From: an uncultured Alphaproteobacteria bacterium
Lineage (GTDB): Bacteria; Pseudomonadota; Alphaproteobacteria; RF32; CAG-239
DNA: 64,000 nucleotides
NCBI GenBank assembly: GCA_944391465.1
Contig: CALXTS010000001.1
Location: 26,441-90,440 of the forward strand
Direction of reading: 5' to 3'
Both the position numbers and the translations under genes were made by a program. Below the pieces are notes generated by a model. That model ran no database searches. It worked only from the letters and a program-made list of their open reading frames with translations, and was not told the origin of the DNA. The stretch's first letter is position 1; the number at the start of each line of letters is the position of its first letter. Positions 10,211-19,992 of this stretch are shown here, in pieces.

Positions 10211-11528
10211 ACTTTTCATTGCTTTGTTTTTTGAGTTTCATTAAATCTTTGAGATTATTAATGTGTTTCTTTTGTAAGTGTTTGGGCGCATGATTAAATT
10301 TACTGAAAGTAGATAATTTGCCATGATTCTTTTTCAAAGCCATTTGTTTGGCACCTTCACCTTTATTACCAACGGCTTTAATATCTTTTATCAGCTTTTG
10401 TTGTGCGGCCTCACTTAGTTTTTCAGAACTGTTTAAGGCTTTGCTCAGTGAAGAGGAAAGACCGTATTCTTTATATATTACATAACTGTACGCCATTTTT
10501 TCTTTGCTAATATCTTGGGGAAGGCTGAAGATGCCTTTGGCTATTTGTTGCTCAATTTGCTGATAGAGTTTTTCTTTTTTTGTTTTTGAACTCAGAATTT
10601 CTATCGTATTGTCATAATAACGGTTCCAGATACTTTGTTTGGAAATTTCTTGTTCAGATGTTTTTGAGCTCGAAAGATTGCTGACTTTTTGCCAGTGAAC
10701 TTCAGGAGCATATGTCTGAACAGTGTCTTGTTTTTGTTCTGAAATATTTTCTTGATGGTTGCTTGTGGTGTTTTCAGAAGAACAACCCGATTTTATACCA
10801 AACACACTTCCCAAAAGCGTTAATGTTGTTAAAGCGGCTATTTTAACTTTGTTTCCAAATCGAAAACGATTTGATTGTGTTTTTGATGGTTGAGGTTGGT
10901 TTTGTATAGATGTGTTTTCTTTAATTAAGGTGCGAATTTTTTGTTTTGCCTCTTCTTCAGTTTCTTCTGCCGGATGACAGATAACGCTGATATAATTCAT
11001 TGTTGCTTGATAGTCTTCCGGTTTTAAAATAATTTTATCTTTAACTATAGCGTCGGCATAGGCAGAAGCCTCGTTTTTTAATCTTTTAATTTCTTTTTTG
11101 CGTGATTGTCTGAAAAACATCGTCAGCCATATCTTTTTATGTAAAGAACGGTATCTTTCTGATTTTTTACGGAGTTTGTTTGAGGATAAATATTTTACGT
11201 CTTTTGATTTTGGATTAATTTTTTCCCAAAAAGTTTTGTTTGCTTCTTCCAGGTATTGTTTTATATCAAAATCGGCTTTTTTTTGCAGACGGTTTAAAAG
11301 TTCATCTTTTTGAAAATTTCCGAATATATTAACATAATCTGCCCATATTTTAATATCTTCTGCGGAAATCAGAATTTTATTTTTGGCAAGTTTATCAAGC
11401 AACTCATCTGCTCGATTATTAATTTCTTCCATTTTTGCGTATGTTTTAATTGAGAAACTTTTACTTCTAAGTTTTTTATATTTAGAAATATCCTGACGTA
11501 ATGATTTTATTAATTTTGTTTTATCCAT
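10209..11528 (-). CDS. Hypothetical Lys-rich protein, 439 aa, with a single central TM segment and an anti-sigma-like bitopic topology.
   Basis: A long ORF with a central hydrophobic stretch (KIAALTTLTLLGSVFGI). No catalytic motif was recognised. Confidence 0.5.
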   Translation of the reverse strand: MDKTKLIKSLRQDISKYKKLRSKSFSIKTYAKMEEINNRADELLDKLAKNKILISAEDIKIWADYVNIFGNFQKDELLNRLQKKADFDIKQYLEEANKTFWEKINPKSKDVKYLSSNKLRKKSERYRSLHKKIWLTMFFRQSRKKEIKRLKNEASAYADAIVKDKIILKPEDYQATMNYISVICHPAEETEEEAKQKIRTLIKENTSIQNQPQPSKTQSNRFRFGNKVKIAALTTLTLLGSVFGIKSGCSSENTTSNHQENISEQKQDTVQTYAPEVHWQKVSNLSSSKTSEQEISKQSIWNRYYDNTIEILSSKTKKEKLYQQIEQQIAKGIFSLPQDISKEKMAYSYVIYKEYGLSSSLSKALNSSEKLSEAAQQKLIKDIKAVGNKGEGAKQMALKKNHGKLSTFSKFNHAPKHLQKKHINNLKDLMKLKKQSNEK

Positions 11529-11656
11529 TGTTTTGCCGTAATTTGTTTTAATTTTTTAATGTCATAGGGGGCTTGTTATAAATGCTTGAAAACTTTTTGT
11601 CAAGCGCTTTGTTGTTTGCGAGAAGCCTTGCGGAAATTACAAGGCTTCTCTATTTT

Positions 11657-11932
11657 TTATTTTTTGGGATATTGTTTTTTTATTGAGCTAATAAAATCTT
11701 TCCATACCGTTGTATGATTAACCATATCATGGTATATCATATCTAATTGTTCGGCGAGAGGAGGGTACGCTAATTCTCTGTTTTGCCGATATCCTAGCGT
11801 ATCTTCTCGCGGAGAGACCATGCAGATATCATGGTTTTCCAATTCGCTAAGTTCTAAGCTCATCTTGGTTGCTTTGGCTGCAAAAGATGCGTATTGTTGT
11901 GCCGTGTAAGGGTATTTTAAAAGATTATCCAT
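11657..11932 (-). CDS. Hypothetical 91-aa protein downstream of the tail-fibre gene. A tail-fibre assembly or chaperone role is possible.
   Basis: The ORF starts 12 nt after the tail-fibre stop on the same strand. Confidence 0.4.
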   Translation of the reverse strand: MDNLLKYPYTAQQYASFAAKATKMSLELSELENHDICMVSPREDTLGYRQNRELAYPPLAEQLDMIYHDMVNHTTVWKDFISSIKKQYPKK

Positions 11933-11944
11933 TTTTTATTCCTT

Positions 11945-13381
11945 TCATGCTTGTTCCGCTCCATATCCATAGGCTCGCCAGATAATGCCCCATTCGCCTT
12001 CTTCTGTTGAAACGCTGCGAGTGCGAAAGCCCGTTGTTGTTTGTAGAAATGTATTACCATAGTAGTCTAGTTGGTTTGTGTAACATCTTAATGTTGTTTG
12101 AATGTGGTAATTGGTATCTCGGTAAGGTTGTAGCAAATTTACCGGAAATTTACTTAATGAATTGTCTGTCCAAAAAGCATAACCACCTTGTTCAAGCCAA
12201 CCACTTTTATATCTGCGGTACCAGCTCTCTCCTTCGCTCCAACTTTCAACAACAAAATCTATTCCGGGCATGACGTTGCTCAAGTCTGTTTTTACGGCTT
12301 CTCCAACTTTTTGGTCTATCAAATTTTGAATGCTGGCAAATTGAGCTTCACTGACATTTTCAAATTTGTTGGCAATGACAATATAAAAATATAAACCATT
12401 GTTTTCTTTATTGCCAAAATATGGAAGTCTTACACTTTTGTTTTCTTCATCTACTACATAAAAACGACAGTAACTATTGCCACTTTCATCAGTGTTGGCT
12501 AAAAGTTCTGCGGTGTATTCTTCTTGCGTTTTGGCGTATTGAGCATATTCTTCATTATTAATTGATAAGGCCCTTAGCCGTAACATTTCTGTCCAGAAAT
12601 CAGGATAGCCGCTATCACATCCACTTATTAAATATCCTTCAGCGTAATTTGGATCATTTAACGGAAGTAGGCCTGCGTATGATGCCGGATGATCAAAACT
12701 AATTATACTGCCAATATGTAAAAAACGACTTTCTCTAGAGGCTTGTTGAGCCAGTTGAGCTTCTTCTTTAGCTTTTTCAAATGCATTTTGAGATTCCGTT
12801 GCCGAGGTTTGCGCTGATGTTGCGCTTGCTTGGGCATTTTGAGCTGCATTGAGTGTTTCACTGTGGTATGTGGTCATCAAATCATTAAATTCATCAATTT
12901 GAATTTTTGAATTGGTTAATCCGGTTCCATCATTATTCCAGATAATGGCTTTATTTGGAGAAGGTTGCGGAAATTCTTTTTTAAGTCCGGAATTATTTGA
13001 ATAGACCGGAAGCAAAAAAGAGCGATTAAGTGCTTCGGCAATTTGTTGGGTGCAAGCTATTTGATAATTAAATTCATAATTGAGTGCTTTACTTCTTATT
13101 TCTCCGCCTTCTTGAAAGTCACTGACGCGTTTGATGCTTAGTTCTCTGACAATTGAAATGACGGTATCTTTAGCCGGAGGAGTTCCAAATATAACACTGC
13201 CTCCGGTTTCTGATGTTGAAAACTCAATGCTGAATCCTTCATTGGTTTTTATATTGTCAATATAAACGCAAATATTACCGCTTTCAAAGATTAAAAACGG
13301 AAAGACAAACGTGGTTTGAAGACCATCTGCGATATAGTTGATGTGCGGAATGGTCTCATCAATTGTAATATTTTTTTCCAT
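11945..13381 (-). CDS. Phage T7 gp17-like tail fibre protein (N-terminal tail-attachment domain plus a coiled-coil shaft).
   Basis: The N-terminus (YIADGLQTTFVFPFLIF...VISIVRELSIKRVSDFQEGGEIRSKALNYEFNYQIACTQQIAEAL) aligns by eye with the T7 gp17 N-terminal domain (YQLDGSNRDFNIPFEYL...[37 protein letters not shown]). It is followed by a Q/A/S-rich heptad region, as in gp17. Confidence 0.65.
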   Translation of the reverse strand: MEKNITIDETIPHINYIADGLQTTFVFPFLIFESGNICVYIDNIKTNEGFSIEFSTSETGGSVIFGTPPAKDTVISIVRELSIKRVSDFQEGGEIRSKALNYEFNYQIACTQQIAEALNRSFLLPVYSNNSGLKKEFPQPSPNKAIIWNNDGTGLTNSKIQIDEFNDLMTTYHSETLNAAQNAQASATSAQTSATESQNAFEKAKEEAQLAQQASRESRFLHIGSIISFDHPASYAGLLPLNDPNYAEGYLISGCDSGYPDFWTEMLRLRALSINNEEYAQYAKTQEEYTAELLANTDESGNSYCRFYVVDEENKSVRLPYFGNKENNGLYFYIVIANKFENVSEAQFASIQNLIDQKVGEAVKTDLSNVMPGIDFVVESWSEGESWYRRYKSGWLEQGGYAFWTDNSLSKFPVNLLQPYRDTNYHIQTTLRCYTNQLDYYGNTFLQTTTGFRTRSVSTEEGEWGIIWRAYGYGAEQA

Positions 13382-13403
13382 GAGTGTTCCTTGTATTAAA
13401 TTG

Positions 13404-13440
13404 CAAAAAAAAACTCTTTTCTGTGCAGAAAAGAGTTTTA
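13404..13440 (-). terminator. Rho-independent terminator after hpnE on the minus strand.
   Basis: aaactcttttctg / tgc / cagaaaagagttt hairpin. The plus-strand A9 run becomes a T9 run on the minus strand. Confidence 0.8.
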
Positions 13441-13511
13441 AAATGGCAAAATTATCCCTTTGCCGAAATAATCTATAACAAATTAAATTGATAAAGTCAA
13501 GGAAAATATTC

Positions 13512-14600
13512 CTATTTTTGCTTTTTCTCTTTGGTTAAAGCCGTCTTTACGGCTCGTCTTGCCGAAAGGATAGCCGCCTCAATGGAACATGGGAAATCTT
13601 TCATTGTCCAGTCTCCGGCAATAAACATATTTCCATATTTTGTTTGTGCGTTTTCAGGGCGGAGAATATTGTTATATACATCTTGTGCGATGGTTGCGTT
13701 TTGGTGAATAATAACTTTATGTGGAGGTAAAAAAGCTGAATTTACTCCACGAAGGATATCTAGTTGTTTCCAAAGTCTTTCGGGGAGGGCTTTTATTTCT
13801 TCAACTGTCATGCGAGCATCAGAAATTGTGAATGAAACAATATCTTCATTAATAAATACCCAATCGGCTAATCCGTTTATTATTCCCATATAGCCGGCTA
13901 ATTTAGGTAAATTTATTTCTTGTGACGTGCGAAAATGAACGTTGATTATGCTGTTAAAAGTAAAATCGCGACTTTGAAATATTTTTGAATAAGCAGCTGC
14001 GTCTAAAGCAACAATAACAATATCATTTTTATCTAACTCCAATATTCCTTTATTGAAGTGTAAGGTTGCTATTTTTCCAAATTCTACACCTACACTTTCT
14101 AAGCGATGTCCGTATTTTATTTCATCTGCGTAGATAAGCATTGGATTAATTAATCTTTGTGTTAAATCATTTTTTGAAAAATAGACGCCGAGTTGGTGTT
14201 TGCTCCACGGAAAAAGTTTCCAGCAGATATTTTTTATCATTTTGCGGGGAATATCTTCGGCTTGAGTGTTGCACATTGATTTGAGTATTTGTCGATGGTA
14301 TTTGAAAATTTTGCTGGTAATGGTGTCTTTTTCTGCATCCCAAAAGTAGGTTTGGGACGGCCAGCGATGAACTCCGGTCAGAGCTGAAGCCATTCTGTTT
14401 CCTCGCAAAATTACATGTGTCGCATTATCTAAGCGGCACCCCATTTCTTTGTCATCATATGAATAACAGCGTCCTCCGGGACGATTGTTTGCTTCATAGA
14501 TAATAATTTTGCTTTGCGGGCGTTGTTTTCTTAGAAAACGTGAACACATCAATCCGGCAATTCCGGCTCCTATAATATGATATGTCGGTTGGTTTGGCAT
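13512..14600 (-). CDS. hpnE: Squalene-associated FAD-dependent desaturase (hydroxysqualene dehydroxylase) HpnE.
   Basis: An N-terminal dinucleotide-binding motif (HIIGAGIAGLMCS) and amine-oxidase-like architecture. It is the third gene after two squalene/phytoene-synthase paralogues. Confidence 0.7.
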   Translation of the reverse strand: MPNQPTYHIIGAGIAGLMCSRFLRKQRPQSKIIIYEANNRPGGRCYSYDDKEMGCRLDNATHVILRGNRMASALTGVHRWPSQTYFWDAEKDTITSKIFKYHRQILKSMCNTQAEDIPRKMIKNICWKLFPWSKHQLGVYFSKNDLTQRLINPMLIYADEIKYGHRLESVGVEFGKIATLHFNKGILELDKNDIVIVALDAAAYSKIFQSRDFTFNSIINVHFRTSQEINLPKLAGYMGIINGLADWVFINEDIVSFTISDARMTVEEIKALPERLWKQLDILRGVNSAFLPPHKVIIHQNATIAQDVYNNILRPENAQTKYGNMFIAGDWTMKDFPCSIEAAILSARRAVKTALTKEKKQK

Positions 14601-14602
14601 TA

Positions 14603-15436
14603 TTATTTTTCCATATAGGCTTTGAGTGTCAAACAGAGTTTTAAAAATTTACTGACTTTTGGTTTGGGCGATATTATCTCCCATCCACGATTTTGCATGA
14701 TATCAAAATATCTTTTATAAACATATGCAATAGCTTTTACCGGACGGGCTATTTTTTTATCAAGTTTCTTTATTTGTCTGAAAGCCTCTTGATAATATTC
14801 ATCGGCAAGTTGAGCAAGATCCTCTCGAGCAATAGCTAAGTTTTTATCGACAACAACAGTCATCGGGTCCCTGGATATTATTCCCGCTTTTCGCAAGCAT
14901 TCTTCAGGGATGTAGAGCCGTTGCGCCATGGCGTCTTCTTTTACGTCACGTAAAATATTGGTAATTTGCAAAGCTGTTCCCAGCGAGGTGGACAAGTTTT
15001 CGATTTGTTTTTCGTCTTTGCATCCAAAAATTCTTAAAGATAAATTTCCGGGAACGCCGGCAACTCCTCGGCAATAACGTTTAAAATCTTCCATTGACGG
15101 GGCTTGAATAGGAAAGGGGAGATCCATGGCTATACTATCTATCATACGGATAAACTCTTCTTTGGGAAGACCAAATCTCATACAGTTTTTGTAAATGCGA
15201 CGGCCAATATCCGTGCTGGGCTGTTTTTTATCAAAAATATTGTCCATCTCTTCTCGCCAGTCGTTGATTATTTCCAGTTTTTCTTCAACACTGTCATTGC
15301 CGTCAACAATGTCATCTAAATGCCGAAACAAGGCGTATATGGTAAACATGGCATTGCGACGGGCGCGAGGCAAGAAACGCATGCTCCAAAAAAAAGATGT
15401 TCCTGATTTTTTTACCATGTTTTTGATGTTATTCAT
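14603..15436 (-). CDS. hpnD: Squalene/phytoene synthase family protein, probably presqualene diphosphate synthase HpnD. The start is taken at the internal MNNIKNM, which avoids overlap with the upstream gene.
   Basis: Trans-isoprenyl diphosphate synthase head-to-head motifs (YALFRHLDDIVDG; ...NILRDVKEDA). It is the second gene of the operon. Confidence 0.7.
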   Translation of the reverse strand: MNNIKNMVKKSGTSFFWSMRFLPRARRNAMFTIYALFRHLDDIVDGNDSVEEKLEIINDWREEMDNIFDKKQPSTDIGRRIYKNCMRFGLPKEEFIRMIDSIAMDLPFPIQAPSMEDFKRYCRGVAGVPGNLSLRIFGCKDEKQIENLSTSLGTALQITNILRDVKEDAMAQRLYIPEECLRKAGIISRDPMTVVVDKNLAIAREDLAQLADEYYQEAFRQIKKLDKKIARPVKAIAYVYKRYFDIMQNRGWEIISPKPKVSKFLKLCLTLKAYMEK

Positions 15437-16299
15437 TTTATTGTTCCGACAGTTCTTTTTCTGGTAAATAACCCTCTCATTCCTCCGATTATGGATGATT
15501 TTATCCAATCAGTACGGGATAGTTTAATTTCTTGTGAGAGAATATCATTCTTTTGTAGTTTTTTTATCATACAATTAGTTAAAGAAAGTATAATTCCGAG
15601 TTCTATTTTCAAACGTTTGTTTTTTACAATTGAGGGAAGAAGCTCGGCATCTTTGAGCATGGATTGTTGGCGGGCGAGAATTTCATTTTTGAGTTCTGTA
15701 AGCCCTGGTGTACTGTATGTCAGGTACAAATCACTATCTTGGACATCATAATGTTTACACATATCTTCAGGTAGATATATGCGTCGTAGCATCATCGCGT
15801 CATATTTTATATCTTGGATGTGGTTGACGATTTGTAGGACGGTACATAGTGTTGCGGCCGGAAGATAGGTTGATGGATTTTCATTGTGAATGGCCAACAT
15901 AAAACGTCCGACCGGTACTGCTGAATAGTTGCAATAATCTATGAGTTCATCCCAAATCCGAGGTCTGATATTCTCAGCATCTCGACGGAAGGCTTTTAAT
16001 AAATCCGTATAAAGTGAGGCGTCTAAATTTTCAGATTTAAATAACTGTCCGAGGGCACTGGCTTCGGTACTTGCTTTATTTTTTTGGGGATTTAAAAATG
16101 CTGTTTCATATTGGTTTAGAAGGTGTAATTTTTCGTCCGGACTTAATTCATTATTATCCGCAATATCATCGGCACTGCGCGCTGCTTTGTAATATGCCAT
16201 GACTAAAGGGCGCAGTTTTTTATTTATAAATTTACCGACGGTAAAATTTTCATCAGGTGCATTTTTTTTGCGTATTTTGTTCATATTGCCTCCAGCCAT
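15433..16299 (-). CDS. hpnC: Squalene/phytoene synthase family protein, probably hydroxysqualene synthase HpnC.
   Basis: ENFTVG near the N-terminus, [14 protein letters not shown] and [12 protein letters not shown] motifs. It is the first gene of the hpn operon. Confidence 0.7.
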   Translation of the reverse strand: MAGGNMNKIRKKNAPDENFTVGKFINKKLRPLVMAYYKAARSADDIADNNELSPDEKLHLLNQYETAFLNPQKNKASTEASALGQLFKSENLDASLYTDLLKAFRRDAENIRPRIWDELIDYCNYSAVPVGRFMLAIHNENPSTYLPAATLCTVLQIVNHIQDIKYDAMMLRRIYLPEDMCKHYDVQDSDLYLTYSTPGLTELKNEILARQQSMLKDAELLPSIVKNKRLKIELGIILSLTNCMIKKLQKNDILSQEIKLSRTDWIKSSIIGGMRGLFTRKRTVGTIK

Positions 16300-17630
16300 T
16301 TTTGTAAATCAGCCAAAGCTCTTTGCGTATAGGCTTTTTTACGATCCATTCCTTTGATTTTATGAAATTTTCCGTTTGCTGTCGTTTCGCCGCTGATGGT
16401 CGGAAATATCCCAAAATTTATATTCATCGGTTGGAAGTTTTCAATATTTGTATCATCTCTTAAATGTTTTAACATTGCTCCAAACGCAGTTGTCTCCGGC
16501 GGAAGAATTGCTTCTTGTTTTAAAACTTCACAAGCTGTAAAATAACCAGCAAGCCATCCGATTGATGCACTTTCAATATATCCTTCACAGCCGGTGATTT
16601 GTCCGGCAAATCTGATGTGAGGTTTGCTTTTTAATCTCAGATAATTATCTAGTACTATCGGGCTTTTTATAAAAGTGTTTTTGTGTATTCCTCCCAAGCG
16701 AGCAAATTCGGCATTTTCAAGCCCCGGAATCATTCTGAAAATACGTTGTTGTTCTCCATATTTTAATTTGGTTTGGAAACCGACGATATTTCTTAAAGTA
16801 TCTTCCTTGTTATCTTGGCGGAGCTGTACAACGGCATGTGCTTTTATGTTGGGGCTGTGCGGATTGGTTAGTCCGACCGGTTTCATCGGACCATAGAGCA
16901 GGGTGTCGCGTCCTCTTTCTGCCATTACCTCAATCGGAAGGCAACCGTCAAAATATTCAGCTTTTTCAAAGTCATGGAATTCGACTTTATCTGCTTTGAG
17001 CAATTCCTCAATAAATTTTTCATATTGTTCTTTATTCATGGGGCAGTTGATATAATCAAATTTATCCCCTTTATCATATCGAGATTGATACCAGGCTTTT
17101 GTAAAGTCAATGCTATCTTTGTAAACAACAGGAGCGATGGCATCGTAAAAATTAAGATACTGATTGTTGGTTTCCTTGAGTATGGCTTTGATTAAGTTTT
17201 CAGATGTCAGTGGTCCGCTGGCTATAATGTATTTTTCATTGTTGTTTTCTGGTAGCTCGGTTACTTCTTCATTAATAAAACTTATGTATGGGTGTGCGTG
17301 CAGTTTCTCTGTTACCATATGGGCAAAGCCTTCTCTGTCAACGGCTAAGGCTCCTCCGGCGGGGACTTTACAGGCATCAGCGCATTGCATTATTAAAGAA
17401 TCGGCACGACGCATTTCTTCATGCATTAGTCCGACGGCATTGTGTTCGAAATCATCTGAACGAAGTGAATTGGAACAAACAAGTTCTGCACACCATTCAC
17501 TTTTATGTGCAGGAGAGAATTTTTTTGGGCGCATTTCATGAATGATGACCTCTATCCCTCTTTTGGCGAGTTGCCAAGCTGCTTCCGAGCCGGCTAATCC
17601 TGCTCCTACAATGTGAACTTTCTCTGCCAT
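16281..17630 (-). CDS. trmFO: Methylenetetrahydrofolate--tRNA-(uracil54-C5)-methyltransferase TrmFO (Gid).
   Basis: An FAD-binding N-terminus ([18 protein letters not shown]) and overall GidA-like, shorter TrmFO architecture. This protein is characteristic of alphaproteobacteria and Firmicutes. Confidence 0.85.
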   Translation of the reverse strand: MAEKVHIVGAGLAGSEAAWQLAKRGIEVIIHEMRPKKFSPAHKSEWCAELVCSNSLRSDDFEHNAVGLMHEEMRRADSLIMQCADACKVPAGGALAVDREGFAHMVTEKLHAHPYISFINEEVTELPENNNEKYIIASGPLTSENLIKAILKETNNQYLNFYDAIAPVVYKDSIDFTKAWYQSRYDKGDKFDYINCPMNKEQYEKFIEELLKADKVEFHDFEKAEYFDGCLPIEVMAERGRDTLLYGPMKPVGLTNPHSPNIKAHAVVQLRQDNKEDTLRNIVGFQTKLKYGEQQRIFRMIPGLENAEFARLGGIHKNTFIKSPIVLDNYLRLKSKPHIRFAGQITGCEGYIESASIGWLAGYFTACEVLKQEAILPPETTAFGAMLKHLRDDTNIENFQPMNINFGIFPTISGETTANGKFHKIKGMDRKKAYTQRALADLQKWLEAI

Positions 17631-17775
17631 TTTTATTACCTTCTTTATTTATGTTGGGTTTTTTATAAATTTATTCTTATCAAATGTAAATAAAAACTTC
17701 TTATGATAAGTTGTGCTTAATGTTTGCTATATTGAATTAAACTTAGTATATTTTATAAAAAATTGGCTGATTTTA

Positions 17776-18972
17776 ATGATGAATAAAAAGTTTTGTTTAT
17801 ATATATCAGGAGCATTGTGCTTTGCTTTTTTCTCTTCAATGGCTTTTGCCAGTGAAGACAGCGTGCCGTATATGTATGGCGGTGCGGTTAATTATGAGCA
17901 ACTTGAAATGGTAAATGCTCAGATGAGCAAAACTAAACCGGAATTTGAACAAGGCGATATTTTTGGTGCGGATACGTTTGATATCGGTGATGAAACACCT
18001 GTTTTGCCTCCTGAAAATAAACAAGAAGATATAACATCCGGTACGGAGTTGCCTTCACCAAATGCGACTCCTGAAGTTCCTATGCTTCAAGCTGATTCAG
18101 ATTCTCAAAAAGAACAGAAACTGCCGGAAAAAGAACTTAATCAGGAAAGTTTGAGTGAGAATTTTTCTGATACGGATGTTGCAGAAGAAAATGCTTTTGC
18201 CGGAGAGGAAGATTTCCTTTTATCCGAAGAAACAGCTGATGCCGGAAACAAGCAAACCTGGATTGATAAGATTTCAAGTGAGAAAGCTCTTTCTAAGTTT
18301 AAGGATTTATCATCAGGAGAAGATAGTTTGGAGGATTTGGTTGATAAGGCGCGTTCCGGAACTAATAAACGTTCAAATGCTTCGGTTTTTGATATTTCCG
18401 GTTTGATGTTACGTATGACTCTCAAGCAAGTTGATGGTATTATGCAAAACAGAGGGTTTAAAAAGGTTATGGAACGTCTTGAAATCCCTAATTTTATAAA
18501 ATGGAGAAATGAAGAAAAATGCCGAAACAGCGGTGTTGTCGGTTATGAAAGGTTGGAGGCCTGTGTGATACAAAAAGCTAAAGAAGACAAACATCAATAT
18601 GTGCAACATACAAAGTATGCCAAATATGATACAAAAGAAGAGATTGAGGTTTTCTTTACCAGTAATTTTACGGATAATAAGGCTTATAAAATTATGTATC
18701 AGAGTATGGCTTCGGCTCTTACCGGAAACAGTCCTAAGGCTATGTATCTTTACAATATAAAAGTTTATGATTTTTGGAGGCGAATTAATCGTAAATATGG
18801 GGTTCCCGATAATAAACAGATGGTTACATGGGGCTTGGGTAACGGAAAAGCCTATCTTAAAGCAAAAACCGGAGAATTGGTTTTGGAAGATCCTATGTTT
18901 AGGGAGCTTGATTATACGAGAATGTCACGCGAAGATCAGCGATATTTGGCAACGGATTTGTATAGTTTTTAA
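17776..18972 (+). CDS. Hypothetical secreted protein with an acidic low-complexity N-terminal region. The start is the internal MMNKKF, where the signal peptide begins.
   Basis: Signal peptide MMNKKFCLYISGALCFAFFSSMAFA, followed by a D/E/S-rich stretch. Confidence 0.55.
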   Translation: MMNKKFCLYISGALCFAFFSSMAFASEDSVPYMYGGAVNYEQLEMVNAQMSKTKPEFEQGDIFGADTFDIGDETPVLPPENKQEDITSGTELPSPNATPEVPMLQADSDSQKEQKLPEKELNQESLSENFSDTDVAEENAFAGEEDFLLSEETADAGNKQTWIDKISSEKALSKFKDLSSGEDSLEDLVDKARSGTNKRSNASVFDISGLMLRMTLKQVDGIMQNRGFKKVMERLEIPNFIKWRNEEKCRNSGVVGYERLEACVIQKAKEDKHQYVQHTKYAKYDTKEEIEVFFTSNFTDNKAYKIMYQSMASALTGNSPKAMYLYNIKVYDFWRRINRKYGVPDNKQMVTWGLGNGKAYLKAKTGELVLEDPMFRELDYTRMSREDQRYLATDLYSF

Positions 18973-18992
18973 TATTGAAAGAGTTTAGTAAA

Positions 18993-19607
18993 ATGAGTAA
19001 TGAATTGTCATCTGTTGAAATTGCCGAATTGATTTGTACCCGTATAAGTCATGATCTTGTCGGAAATGTCGGAGTTATTGCAAATGGTGTGGAATTGTTG
19101 GAAGAGGGTGATGTCGAGTTTTTAGATGATATTCGCTCTATTTTTAAAACGGGTTCCGGAGTTTTAGCGTCTCGTCTTAAATTTTTTCGGCTTGCTTTCG
19201 GACTAAATAACACTAATCTTGAAGATTTTGATTTTGTAAAGGAAATTGTAAATAACTATCTTCAGACACTTGGAAATAAAAATTATCCGATAATGCTTGA
19301 TTGGAAATTGGAAAATTCAACCTATACTAAAGCTGTTTTGGTTATGATTATGATTATGTCCGATATTTTTATTAGAGGTGGAAAAATTAACGTTGTTTCT
19401 GAAAATGGACGGGTTAGGGTATTTCCGATTTCTGATTATTCAATGTCAGATGAGAAAATAAAAACAGTAAAAAATATTTTAAATGGTGAAGAGACTGAAC
19501 CTTCGGCGCAATATGCTCCGGTTTATTTTTTAATTTCTTTATTAAGGAAACAAAAAATTAATCTTTATGTTATAAATTCCCCGAACTTGGAATTGGTAGT
19601 GGAGTAA
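18993..19607 (+). CDS. chpT: Histidine phosphotransferase ChpT. The ORF track starts at a TTG at 18975; an ATG at 18993 with an upstream AAAGAG is preferred.
   Basis: RISHDLVGNVGVIANGVELLEE ... SRLKFFRLAFG and MLDWKLE align well with the Caulobacter ChpT (RLCHDFISPASAIVSGLDLLED ... LLQFTRVAFG ... TLDWQIE). Confidence 0.8.
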   Translation: MSNELSSVEIAELICTRISHDLVGNVGVIANGVELLEEGDVEFLDDIRSIFKTGSGVLASRLKFFRLAFGLNNTNLEDFDFVKEIVNNYLQTLGNKNYPIMLDWKLENSTYTKAVLVMIMIMSDIFIRGGKINVVSENGRVRVFPISDYSMSDEKIKTVKNILNGEETEPSAQYAPVYFLISLLRKQKINLYVINSPNLELVVE

Positions 19608-19616
19608 AAAACTGAT

Positions 19617-19982
19617 ATGCCCAGATGTGTTATTGCTGATGACTCTAAAGTAATAAGGATGCTTTTAAGCCGAATTATGACGAATTTCGGTTTCGAGGTT
19701 TCTGAGGTTGAAGATGGTGAAGAATTATTGGAGAATTGCCTTACTACTCAGCCCGAATTGATTATCAGCGACTGGGAGTTGCCAGCAATGGATGGTATTG
19801 ATGTTTTGTATAAAATTCGTGGGTATTCTCGTTTAAAACAGCCGAAATTTGTTTTTTGTTCTTCTTTTAATGATATTTCAAAGGCTCAAGAAGCTGTTGA
19901 TGGTGGTGCGGATGATTATATCTTTCGCCCCTTTGATGAGGAAATTATTGCGACGAAATTAACTATTTTAGGGTTGTTGTAG
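19617..19982 (+). CDS. Single-domain response regulator (CheY/CpdR-like receiver).
   Basis: Acidic pocket DD (aa 8-9) and phospho-acceptor Asp in IISDWELP. An Arg replaces the conserved Lys in DYIFRPF. Confidence 0.8.
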   Translation: MPRCVIADDSKVIRMLLSRIMTNFGFEVSEVEDGEELLENCLTTQPELIISDWELPAMDGIDVLYKIRGYSRLKQPKFVFCSSFNDISKAQEAVDGGADDYIFRPFDEEIIATKLTILGLL

Positions 19983-19992
19983 GAGGGGAAAT

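Noticed and set aside
10209-11528. Possibility that the 439-aa ORF is two genes split at the central lipobox-like segment (LLGSVFGIKSGC).
   Set aside because: There is no in-frame start codon or RBS just upstream of the hydrophobic segment, so a single bitopic protein is more parsimonious.
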